DNA from: an uncultured Candidatus Saccharibacteria bacterium
GTDB lineage: Bacteria > Patescibacteriota > Saccharimonadia > Saccharimonadales > JAGQNJ01
Assembly (NCBI GenBank): GCA_964584895.1
Contig: CAZPAW010000001.1
Coordinates: 37,936 to 101,935, forward strand
Reading direction: 5' to 3'
DNA length: 64,000 nucleotides
The notes below the pieces were generated by a model. The model did no database searches. It was given only the letters and a program-made list of their open reading frames with translations, and was not told the origin of the DNA. This document shows, piece after piece, positions 18,440 to 26,233 of this stretch. A program made the translations under genes and the position numbers. Numbering within the stretch: the stretch's first letter is position 1; every line of letters starts with the position of its first letter.

Positions 18440-18647
18440 CGAAATCTAAAAATACGGCCTTTCGATGTAGCCCGTATTTTGTATTGAGTTCCTTGGTTTT
18501 GCCTGCCGTCGCCTCGTTTATTCTATCGAGTATCGGCTGAGCAAGTGCCCTGGCTTCTTCACGAGTTATTTCACCAGTAACATAGCGACGCTTGATGTCT
18601 GCGATGTCTGTTCTGTTTTTAGTAGCTTGGTCGATTGGTGTTCCCAT
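18414..18647 (-). CDS. Hypothetical small protein (weak call)
   Basis: ORF only. Confidence 0.35.
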   Translation of the reverse strand: MGTPIDQATKNRTDIADIKRRYVTGEITREEARALAQPILDRINEATAGKTKELNTKYGLHRKAVFLDFVNAMRNGY

Positions 18648-18783
18648 AGCCTAAATATATTGTCCGAGTAAAGGTGGTTCAAGGCTCAAAATGACAGGAG
18701 ATTATCAGATAACAGCAAGCATACCTAGTAAAACTTCGGTGTAAATAGTACAATCATGACAAGCGTTTCACGCCAGACCTAAA

Positions 18784-18911
18784 CCGTATCTTATACGGCA
18801 TGGTTGAATAATCCACAAAGAGAAACAGCTCGTCATGAGTACTTCTCTTTGTGGTCATTGCTGGAAACGGCAATGGGTGGCTCTCGGGCTGCCGCTCGTG
18901 GCGGGCTTTTT
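18784..18911 (+). promoter_or_regulatory. Structured leader upstream of the surface-protein operon (four hairpins, the last followed by a T-run)
   Basis: CCGTA/TACGG (18784-18798); perfect 12-bp CCACAAAGAGAA/TTCTCTTTGTGG (18813-18854); CATTGC/GCAATG (18856-18875); GC hairpin plus TTTTT (18888-18911). Confidence 0.55.
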
Positions 18912-18959
18912 GGTTCGCTGAAACTATATAACAAAAGATACCCTAGAGGAGGCGGTACC

Positions 18960-19499
18960 ATGTCAGAAGCACACAATACAGAACAGGCAGAGGGTCAGGG
19001 TCTTGCGATTACATCACTGGTTCTCGGTATTTTAGCAATTATCACATGTCTTGTTTGGTATATCGGGATTGTGCTTGGCGTTTTAGCCATTATCTTCGGA
19101 GCAGTATCGGTCAAGAAACGAGGACGCAAGAAAGCGATTGCAGGAATTGTAACAGGTAGTATTGGTGTTATTCTGAGTCTGCTTATTATTTGGATGGTAT
19201 CGGCGGCACTACCTAGCCTACAGAAGAGTCAGCGAGACACCGCTCGCAAAAATGACATTTCAGTTTTAGTAACTGACGTATTGTCATTCCAGACGGAAAA
19301 TCGGGGGCAGCTTCCGGCTACAAATAACCTAACTACTTCCAGCCTTTCTCAAGTTACCTCCCTTGCTAGCGAGGGCGAACCGACAACCGACAAAGCCGTG
19401 TTTAAGACTGGTGTAAATTGCGACGGCGTATCGTCTGCTCGAAATTACTCAATCACTATTCTACTAGAAAACGGTTCGCCGTATTGTCAAGGTTCGTAG
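18960..19499 (+). CDS. DUF4190-like membrane anchor fused to a type IV pilin-like globular domain
   Basis: RBS AGGAGG precedes ATG 18960. TM helices are followed by LPSLQKSQRDTARKNDISVLVTDVLSFQTENRGQLP (pilin alpha1-C/alpha-beta pattern) and a C-terminal Cys...Cys pair. The ORF-track start at 18804 translates the structured leader. Confidence 0.6.
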   Translation: MSEAHNTEQAEGQGLAITSLVLGILAIITCLVWYIGIVLGVLAIIFGAVSVKKRGRKKAIAGIVTGSIGVILSLLIIWMVSAALPSLQKSQRDTARKNDISVLVTDVLSFQTENRGQLPATNNLTTSSLSQVTSLASEGEPTTDKAVFKTGVNCDGVSSARNYSITILLENGSPYCQGS

Positions 19500-19516
19500 C
19501 CAGAGGATTATGAGAG

Positions 19517-20191
19517 ATGGAACGGTTCTTTAGCGGATTAATCACAACCCTGAGTGTGCCGATACTGCTATTGAATGTGCTTGGCGGCATAGTCGGAGGT
19601 ATTTGGTTGATGATTGCTGGAGAGTGGTCGCTTTTTATCGGCGGCTTACTCTATATGATGTTTGGTGCGATGATTATCGGACTGTTGCTTATGCCTAGCA
19701 TACTTTTCGCGGCACCTGCTGCCGCTTTCGCCGAAAAGAGGAAGTACGTTCTATTCTTCATTTTCGGCTTGTTAGGTATCGCATATACTTATGGGCTTAT
19801 TGCTGTATCTACATACTACATTGCTGACATCGCACTGAGCTCTCAATCTGCTCCTCTATGGGCAAGTCTGCTGTGGCTATATGCCGTAGTGCTTGCTCCT
19901 TGGCAATATATGGCATCAAAGGAACAAGACAATACCTCAACTGGCATGACGACATTCTTCCTCGCTTTGGGAGTTTTTGCATTGATGATTTGTATCGGAG
20001 TATTTGGCATGACATTGGGTCAAGCGTTTCCTGTGCTAGTTGCGATTCTCGTCATTTCTTTGGTTATTCAGCTATTGTTTACCTATGCACTTACTCGTGC
20101 CGAGAGGCACACAAACCGACACGATGACGTTATAGATGTTGACGAACAATCAGAAGATGACAATAAGCGAACATGGGGAGATTTGGAGTAA
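19517..20191 (+). CDS. Polytopic membrane protein (about 6 TM) ending in WGDLE
   Basis: Hydrophobic segments throughout, with an acidic C-terminal tail ...DDNKRTWGDLE. Confidence 0.6.
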   Translation: MERFFSGLITTLSVPILLLNVLGGIVGGIWLMIAGEWSLFIGGLLYMMFGAMIIGLLLMPSILFAAPAAAFAEKRKYVLFFIFGLLGIAYTYGLIAVSTYYIADIALSSQSAPLWASLLWLYAVVLAPWQYMASKEQDNTSTGMTTFFLALGVFALMICIGVFGMTLGQAFPVLVAILVISLVIQLLFTYALTRAERHTNRHDDVIDVDEQSEDDNKRTWGDLE

Positions 20192-20583
20192 TGAGTAAAC
20201 AACAAAAACGAAGCCTAAAGCTGCCGATATTTTTGATTATAGGACCAGCTCTCGGACTAATACTATCAATTATTCTATACGCGATAATTAATTTTATCGT
20301 TGCAAGCTCTATGCCAGATATTTCATCTTCCCCTAGTATTTCGGAGGGTGCGAGTATCGCACAGGGTGCTGATGAGCAAGACTTATACGGTAGTGACGAT
20401 GGCTCTATGTTTCGGACTATATCAAATATCCTGCTATTCTTGCTTGGTGCTGGGAGCATGTTGGCATTTGTACCGTGTCTTGTGGTTGGTATAATCATGC
20501 TCAATAAACGCCGTAACTCGCAAATAGATGATACGCCTACGGTACGGAGTAGGGAGTCACGGGACTGGGGAGATTTAGAGTAG
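20191..20583 (+). CDS. Two-TM membrane protein ending in WGDLE
   Basis: Starts at MSKQQKRS (TAATG overlap with the upstream stop); tail ...RSRESRDWGDLE. Confidence 0.55.
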   Translation: MSKQQKRSLKLPIFLIIGPALGLILSIILYAIINFIVASSMPDISSSPSISEGASIAQGADEQDLYGSDDGSMFRTISNILLFLLGAGSMLAFVPCLVVGIIMLNKRRNSQIDDTPTVRSRESRDWGDLE

Positions 20584-21401
20584 TGCAACTTCCACATTCA
20601 AACGCTCGTCAAAACTATATAGACCAAATTAAAGTCGTCGAGGCAAATCTCAGAGACGCTACATCTGGCGAGAAAGATAATGCGCTACTTGCTCAAGTTC
20701 AGAAACGGCTTGATTCTCTAGCTGAAAAATATCAATATAGTGAAGAAATCGGTGCGGCGAAGTATAAACTCTATGAATTACAGGCATTAGTTCATTATTT
20801 CAATGGGCATGATGACGATGCGCTTGATTTTATCAATCAGGCAATAGAAACTCGCGGCGAAACATATGCAAAAGCGGAAAAACTCAAAAAGCAATTATCA
20901 CTCGGTGATTCTTATGTCACGAAAACTACTAATCCTGACAAAATGACAAAAGAACAGCGACGCAAGCAAAAAATTGGACTTGAGGGCTGGCTGGCACTAT
21001 TTACTGTTGGCGTAATCTTATCTGTAATCCTTTACCTAATAGCGGCTGGATTGTGGCTTTATAACCTCGGTAATTTAAGTAATACAGCAGACGACTTTGC
21101 GGCGGGCTTATTGAGCCCTTATTATTCATTTTTGATGATTAGCTCATTTGTCATGGCTTCTTTAGCGGCTTGGTTGCTATTCCTGCTCTTCAAATGGAAA
21201 CGCTTGGCGCGATGGATTGGTATTGTTCTGCTTTCGCTATCAATACTAATATCGTTTATTGACTACATGTGGTACTCAGACCTAACGACCCAGCTAACTG
21301 GACTTGACCCACAAACAGGCAATTCAGGTGTTCTCTGGGCTGTCGTTTGGATAATCTATCTCTGTGTATCAAAGCGTGTAAAAAGGACGCTCACAAAATG
21401 A
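20583..21401 (+). CDS. Helical/TPR-like N-terminal domain fused to a DUF2569-like 4-TM domain
   Basis: GTG start overlaps the upstream TAG; GLEGWLALFTVGVILS and the following TM helices. Confidence 0.55.
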   Translation: MQLPHSNARQNYIDQIKVVEANLRDATSGEKDNALLAQVQKRLDSLAEKYQYSEEIGAAKYKLYELQALVHYFNGHDDDALDFINQAIETRGETYAKAEKLKKQLSLGDSYVTKTTNPDKMTKEQRRKQKIGLEGWLALFTVGVILSVILYLIAAGLWLYNLGNLSNTADDFAAGLLSPYYSFLMISSFVMASLAAWLLFLLFKWKRLARWIGIVLLSLSILISFIDYMWYSDLTTQLTGLDPQTGNSGVLWAVVWIIYLCVSKRVKRTLTK

Positions 21402-21772
21402 GCGAGCGTAAAGAAGATTACTCATGGCTATATATCGGGATTGCGGTGCTTATTGGCGGTGCGATTTTGTACTTTCTCTTTTTGCCGCCTAGCTCTGGTT
21501 CTGTAACGGTAAAATATCGTGATGACAAAGTAAATATTTCGGCTACTAACTTTGAGCCGCTCAATAAATCGGATTCAACCGTCAAGGGCGCATGGTACGA
21601 CAGCAGCAATGAATACATGGTCATCAAGCTCGGTAGTACCTATTATCATTACTGCGGTATGCCGAGTAGTGTATGGGGCGGCCTAAAGGCTGCTTCATCG
21701 CCATATGAATATTATCAAGACGATGTAAAAGGTAATTTCGACTGTCGAGTTAATCCTGTACCGAGCTATTAG
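21398..21772 (+). CDS. Membrane-anchored KTSC-domain protein
   Basis: ATGA overlap with the upstream gene. VKGAWYDSSNEYMVIKLGSTYYHYCGMPSSVWGGLKAASSPYEYY fits the KTSC domain pattern. Confidence 0.65.
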   Translation: MSERKEDYSWLYIGIAVLIGGAILYFLFLPPSSGSVTVKYRDDKVNISATNFEPLNKSDSTVKGAWYDSSNEYMVIKLGSTYYHYCGMPSSVWGGLKAASSPYEYYQDDVKGNFDCRVNPVPSY

Positions 21773-21774
21773 TT

Positions 21775-22089
21775 ATGAAAAATATGATTTCTATCAATAA
21801 ATATCTATTAGCCAGTTTGATTGTTGCTACGTTAGCTGCTGGTAGCTACGCAGGTTTTTACTATACAAATCAACATTACCAAAACAAAGAAGCGAGAGAG
21901 CTAAGCCAAGAGGCTGAAACTGACCAGAAGAATCTGATATGTGAGGCACGAGTTCAACGTGGCAAGACGGGTGACGTTAAAAGCGACTACTTTATTTTTG
22001 AACGAAGTGCGAAGCAAGAAGATTGTGAGCGGTTTATTGAATACAAAAATATTCCAGATGATACCGAGGGCTATTGGATGGGGTTTTAG
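21775..22089 (+). CDS. Small membrane-anchored hypothetical protein
   Basis: N-terminal TM helix (LLASLIVATLAAGSYAGFYY). Confidence 0.5.
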   Translation: MKNMISINKYLLASLIVATLAAGSYAGFYYTNQHYQNKEARELSQEAETDQKNLICEARVQRGKTGDVKSDYFIFERSAKQEDCERFIEYKNIPDDTEGYWMGF

Positions 22090-22101
22090 GAGTAGAGGCG
22101 T

Positions 22102-22995
22102 ATGAATAATAAAGAACTTGAACAAAACAAAGCAGCGAAAGAACCGAGTAAGCTCCGTCGTATTCTTTACGGATTTTCATGGTCAATTATTTTCCCAATT
22201 ATTATTGCGGTGCCGTCTTTCATTATTATGCTGATGATACTTAGTCAAATCCTGACCTCCAACGTCAATAATCAAGACTTTAGTAACACTCTAGCAACTG
22301 ACGGTATATTTTATCTTGAACTATATCTCTTTATCTTCGTTACGGTGCTTGTAGCTGTTCTATTCCTCGCTAAATGGCTACTTCGTACCCGTAAACGATT
22401 GTTTTTCCGTAGTGGGGCGAAAGTACTTGGTGTCTATATTTGGGTTGGTATTTTTGCTACTGGCCTGACGATGGCACTCATTACAAAAAATCCCGACGCC
22501 ATTAAACCACCCGCCGAACAAAACGCACAGCTTATGCAAGTTATCGCAGATGTCGGTGGTGATACAGCTAAGTTAAAAGATGTATCAGTGAAGTATGTTG
22601 CTGACTACAAAGATGGTTTCAAGAATCAGGCGGGCGAATACGCATCTTACGATGACAGCAAAGGCAACTTCTCGTATGGTGTTATGACTGTTAAACAAGG
22701 GCTTGACCCAGAAGAAGAAAAAATAGTTGTTGCTCATGAGTATCTACACCATGTATGGGAAGCGGAGCTTGACCCCGCTACATTGCACGACTTGACGAGC
22801 CAACTGATGACACTTTATGGCAAGGACGACTGGTTCAAGACAAGAGTAGCCACTTATTCGGATACGAACATGCTATTACCGACAGAGTTATTTGCTTTTT
22901 ATTGCACCGAGTCATCAGACCAGTATTTGACACCATACGTTATTGACGAATGTAACAAACACATAAACCGTGATGCGCTGCGATTTATACGCTAA
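22102..22995 (+). CDS. Membrane-anchored putative zinc metallopeptidase (HExxH)
   Basis: Three to four N-terminal TM helices and VVAHEYLHHVWE (HEYLH). Confidence 0.6.
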   Translation: MNNKELEQNKAAKEPSKLRRILYGFSWSIIFPIIIAVPSFIIMLMILSQILTSNVNNQDFSNTLATDGIFYLELYLFIFVTVLVAVLFLAKWLLRTRKRLFFRSGAKVLGVYIWVGIFATGLTMALITKNPDAIKPPAEQNAQLMQVIADVGGDTAKLKDVSVKYVADYKDGFKNQAGEYASYDDSKGNFSYGVMTVKQGLDPEEEKIVVAHEYLHHVWEAELDPATLHDLTSQLMTLYGKDDWFKTRVATYSDTNMLLPTELFAFYCTESSDQYLTPYVIDECNKHINRDALRFIR

Positions 22996-23013
22996 TCGTA
23001 TACTAATTTATAT

Positions 23014-23886
23014 ATGGATGACGAACATTTAACTGCACTCTACAGCCAAATGATGGACGAATGGTTCAGCTCATTAAGGGTTGGCGATAAAGTCTATAAC
23101 TACAGCGATGACAGACCAGATAAAGGCATGGTCAGAAAGCTGCGTGAAGGAGTTATCAAAGAAATCCATGATAATGGCAGGTATGACCGCTACGTTATCG
23201 TCGATAACCTAACGACAGGTAGACAAAACAAATGGGGCGACTATGCTCTGGTAAGACCACCAGAGATTGAGGCAGTGTCTGAAAAGTTGACTCAACTACA
23301 TACGGTTGATGAAGCTGATTTATTGCAAAAACCAGAGAGAATAGAAAAGACCGTCGATGAAAAAGCGGCACAGGCAGACTATGAGTGGCTTCTCGAAAGT
23401 GCTAAAGAGTTACTGAAAAATGAAGATGTGCAACTAGGTAAATGTAGCGGCATATACGGGGCATTTAATAAGAAGACTGGCGAGTGTATCTACATCGGTA
23501 AATCACGCTCTTCAATTGCTACCCGTTGGCGTGAACACGCTCGGTTCTGGAAAAAGCTACGACCAATTCACAGGCAACCACTCCTGACGCAATACCTGCA
23601 TTTTTTCAGCGACCAAATCGAGTGGAAGGTGCTGCTCCCTGTTGCAAGTGATGTAGATAACGACCTACTCGAATACAGCGAGCGACGCCTTTTTGAAAAG
23701 TACCAGCCGATTGCAAACTCTATCGTGCCAAACGGCACATTCTACGGCAGGAGCGTTATGGAGGGCGAAGGCGATTCTATCTCGGTGTCAGAGTGGAATC
23801 CTCGTATGGTTGAAATCAGAATACGCAAAGGTCAGTTCAATGGTTTCTCTGATGGTAAATCTCACTTCGATAACGAGTTAGATTAA
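23014..23886 (+). CDS. GIY-YIG nuclease-domain protein with an unknown ~150-aa N-terminal domain
   Basis: CSGIYGAFNKKTGECIYIGKSRSSIATRWREH and a downstream Glu (LEYSERRLFEKYQP). Confidence 0.7.
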   Translation: MDDEHLTALYSQMMDEWFSSLRVGDKVYNYSDDRPDKGMVRKLREGVIKEIHDNGRYDRYVIVDNLTTGRQNKWGDYALVRPPEIEAVSEKLTQLHTVDEADLLQKPERIEKTVDEKAAQADYEWLLESAKELLKNEDVQLGKCSGIYGAFNKKTGECIYIGKSRSSIATRWREHARFWKKLRPIHRQPLLTQYLHFFSDQIEWKVLLPVASDVDNDLLEYSERRLFEKYQPIANSIVPNGTFYGRSVMEGEGDSISVSEWNPRMVEIRIRKGQFNGFSDGKSHFDNELD

Positions 23887-23994
23887 AAACGCAAAACCTA
23901 CTCCTATATAAGTAATTCGTTTTCTCGTTTTTTGCTTTGGTAGTCAAACCGTTTATTTTAGGGTTAAAAGTCATGGGCAGTATAATGAAATTAG

Positions 23995-24894
23995 ATGCCG
24001 ATATATACCAGAGTAATGCCTGAAAACTTGAGAGAATCAGTCGCTCATTTTGAGAGTCTAATTATTGATATTGAAAAAGAGATGGACGGTGCGAGTGTGC
24101 CAAATGGTGATTCCACTCGATGGCACATAGCCTCGACGTCGCTTTACCTCGCAACACAACATGCCAGAGCAATATGTATACTGGTGCAACGCCACGATAA
24201 TGAAGCTGCTGGATTACATTTACGAGCATTATTTGAAGTTTATATTCGACTGGTGTATATGCTGTCAAAGGCTAATAATTCACGCTTATTGGCAGTCCTA
24301 TACGCCGACGCTGTAAGCTACGAGCGATACAGCAAAGATGTAAAGAAAGTAAACCTAGACGCATACGAGTCAGTACCGAATGAAGTACAAGACCGCTTAA
24401 ACCAGCTCAATGCTAGGATTGAAGTGCATATCAAGGACACGATACAACAAGAGAAAATATATCGTAAGCAATTAACAGACATGGACCACACAGAGTTCTT
24501 AGACGATAAAAATAAGCTCAAGTCGGGCGATAGCATAAGTCGGCACCTCTCTATAAAGTATATGTGCAGATGTCTCCAAGACGTTGATGGACAGAACTTG
24601 CTAAAAGAATATGCCTCAATTTACAGCAACTTGTCGATGTACGCTCATACAAGCACTGTGTATTTAGCGAAAATGGTTCACAGACAGCCAAACGGTAATA
24701 TCCGAATCGGCACAGTGTCTGGTGAAGAAAATGAAGAAGTCTCCATACGCAATGTCGCCACGGCACATCATTACCTGGCGGGAGTTATTTTGCAGTGTTT
24801 GCGTGAGAAGGGACTGTCGCAAACAGAGCTAGAGGATAGACTAAATAGCTTAGAGAATAGCAAAAGTAAATATGATGAATTTCTAACGGTTTAG
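23995..24894 (+). CDS. All-helical hypothetical protein (possibly DUF5677-like); near-leaderless
   Basis: LHLRALFEVYIRLVYM ... YSNLSMYAHTS pattern; TATAAT (23981-23986) lies 8 nt before the ATG. Confidence 0.45.
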   Translation: MPIYTRVMPENLRESVAHFESLIIDIEKEMDGASVPNGDSTRWHIASTSLYLATQHARAICILVQRHDNEAAGLHLRALFEVYIRLVYMLSKANNSRLLAVLYADAVSYERYSKDVKKVNLDAYESVPNEVQDRLNQLNARIEVHIKDTIQQEKIYRKQLTDMDHTEFLDDKNKLKSGDSISRHLSIKYMCRCLQDVDGQNLLKEYASIYSNLSMYAHTSTVYLAKMVHRQPNGNIRIGTVSGEENEEVSIRNVATAHHYLAGVILQCLREKGLSQTELEDRLNSLENSKSKYDEFLTV

Positions 24895-25009
24895 AATTAT
24901 TACGCTAAACCGAGTTCTCCTAGCCCACTACCTAGATATTGTCGTGCTAGCCTGATTTCTCTAGATATGCTAATAATAGAGCGGTAATGTTGCTTTCGGA
25001 ATACTTCCA

Positions 25010-25138
25010 CTAAGGGGCGGCACCCCAGATTAAGCTGATATCATCCAGATCTTCAATACTCGGCTCGCTCGGCTGAAGTCCGGCTTCTCGCACTAGGATA
25101 CCTCCGTTTGCAAGTTCTAAATTTTGATCTTTTTCCAT
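25010..25138 (-). pseudogene. Orphaned 5' fragment (42 codons) of the host gene interrupted by the element
   Basis: My own translation: MEKDQNLELANGGILVREAGLQPSEPSIEDLDDISLIWGAAP*. It is below the ORF-track size cut-off. The frame joins 12270-12947 across the shared GGTGC. Confidence 0.45.
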
Positions 25139-25184
25139 TATTATTGGTCCTTAGTTACATTGATATATTGATGATTTTGGCTAT

Positions 25185-25207
25185 TAAAAAAGCCGAATAG
25201 ATCGGCT
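25185..25207 (-). terminator. Rho-independent terminator (second of two) downstream of the kinase-like gene
   Basis: Minus strand: AGCCGA-tctat-TCGGCT-TTTTT. Confidence 0.65.
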
Positions 25208-25227
25208 TATGTTTGAATTCTTGGCAT

Positions 25228-25259
25228 AAAAAAACCTCCTCGTTTATGGTTGGAGGGGG
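25228..25259 (-). terminator. Rho-independent terminator (first of two) downstream of the kinase-like gene
   Basis: Minus strand: CCTCC-aaccataaacga-GGAGG-TTTTTTT. Confidence 0.6.
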
Positions 25260-25304
25260 TTGTCGGTTTTTCGAAACCTCTTTTAAAATACTACATTTAG
25301 TATA

Positions 25305-25889
25305 TTATGTCAAGTACTTTTCTAATGCTTTTTCAGCCTTTTTTTTGAATACTTCGACATCGTTGCCGTTATTTTCTAAAAATATATCAGCCTTATCTTT
25401 AACAGCGCTCATGTTAAGCGTGGCTAAGTCGCCCTCAGGATGCATCTCACGAACTTCATCCTCCATGAACTCAGCATAACTACGATTATCTTCACCAGCA
25501 CGATTACGAAGATGTGCGTTGGCTTGGATACGCTCATAACGGACCTTGGGATCCGCGTCAATCCATATCACCTGCCCGCCAAACTCATGAACAACCTCTA
25601 CTTCACTGGGATGACGTAAACTGGCAATAGCTAAACCAGAGTAAGCATGTTGTTTTTTCTTGTAATGTTCTATTGCTTTTTGTGCAAGAACCCCATGTCC
25701 AAAATCACGTCTCCACTCCGCACTAAGTCGCGATGTTTCTGTGCGATTTATAGGCACATTACGAAGACGTAATTCATCTCTCAACATTTCAGTAACTGAT
25801 ATAAACAAAAAATTGTGGCGCTCCGCCAACATGTCGCCAACAGTGTCCTTCCCGCTCCCGTTTGTTCCAGAAATCCCAATCACCTTCAT
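25305..25889 (-). CDS. P-loop nucleotide kinase family protein (dephospho-CoA kinase / dNMP kinase-like)
   Basis: IGISGTNGSGKDTVGDML Walker A. Confidence 0.6.
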   Translation of the reverse strand: MKVIGISGTNGSGKDTVGDMLAERHNFLFISVTEMLRDELRLRNVPINRTETSRLSAEWRRDFGHGVLAQKAIEHYKKKQHAYSGLAIASLRHPSEVEVVHEFGGQVIWIDADPKVRYERIQANAHLRNRAGEDNRSYAEFMEDEVREMHPEGDLATLNMSAVKDKADIFLENNGNDVEVFKKKAEKALEKYLT

Positions 25890-26233
25890 TCTATATTAAT
25901 CCTATCTTCCTTTTCTTTTGAATAATGAGGGGTATTTATGAGTAGCATCTTCATTCTACCTTTATAACTAAACTTTGTTTTTGGAGGAATACTTATTAGA
26001 TCGCCATCCCGAACAACAAATTCTTCATCATCGAGCAAAAAAATGCCTTCGCCTTTTAAAATGTAATAGTTATATTCTGCCTCTTGCTCTTTATAGGCGA
26101 TACGTAAACGATCATCCACCTCAATAATGAGATGTTGAGTTAAGGGACTATTGGTTTTAAAGAACTTTCCTCGATGACCATCAATATCAAAATCAAAAGA
26201 ATTTGGCTCACTGAAAACATATCTATTACTCAT
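25886..26233 (-). CDS. Cupin-fold protein
   Basis: About 115 aa; beta-rich pattern [29 protein letters not shown]. Confidence 0.55.
   Translation of the reverse strand: MSNRYVFSEPNSFDFDIDGHRGKFFKTNSPLTQHLIIEVDDRLRIAYKEQEAEYNYYILKGEGIFLLDDEEFVVRDGDLISIPPKTKFSYKGRMKMLLINTPHYSKEKEDRINIE

Larger units (their letters stand above)
12943..25024. mobile_element. Integrated ~12.1-kb element (serine-recombinase type; not an obvious prophage)
   Basis: The recombinase gene sits at the left edge. GCACC occurs at both proposed junctions in the same codon phase of a split host ORF. The interior holds replication-like, surface and nuclease genes. The boundaries are inferred. Confidence 0.6.

Noticed and set aside
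18804-18959. N-terminal 52 codons of the track ORF 18804-19499
   Set aside because: This stretch is a stack of perfect hairpins ending in a T-run. A strong AGGAGG lies just before the internal ATG at 18960. I treat the region as an RNA leader, not as coding sequence.
24933-24977. CTAGATAT direct repeat and an outward-facing TGCTAATAAT box near the right end of the element
   Set aside because: The repeats are short (8 bp) and there is no matching -35 hexamer at proper spacing. They could be integrase or accessory-protein arm sites, but the evidence is too thin.
12943-25024. Interpretation of the element as a prophage
   Set aside because: I recognised no terminase, portal, capsid, tail or lysis genes. 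The element is only about 12 kb. I call it a generic integrative element; a satellite or degraded phage cannot be excluded.
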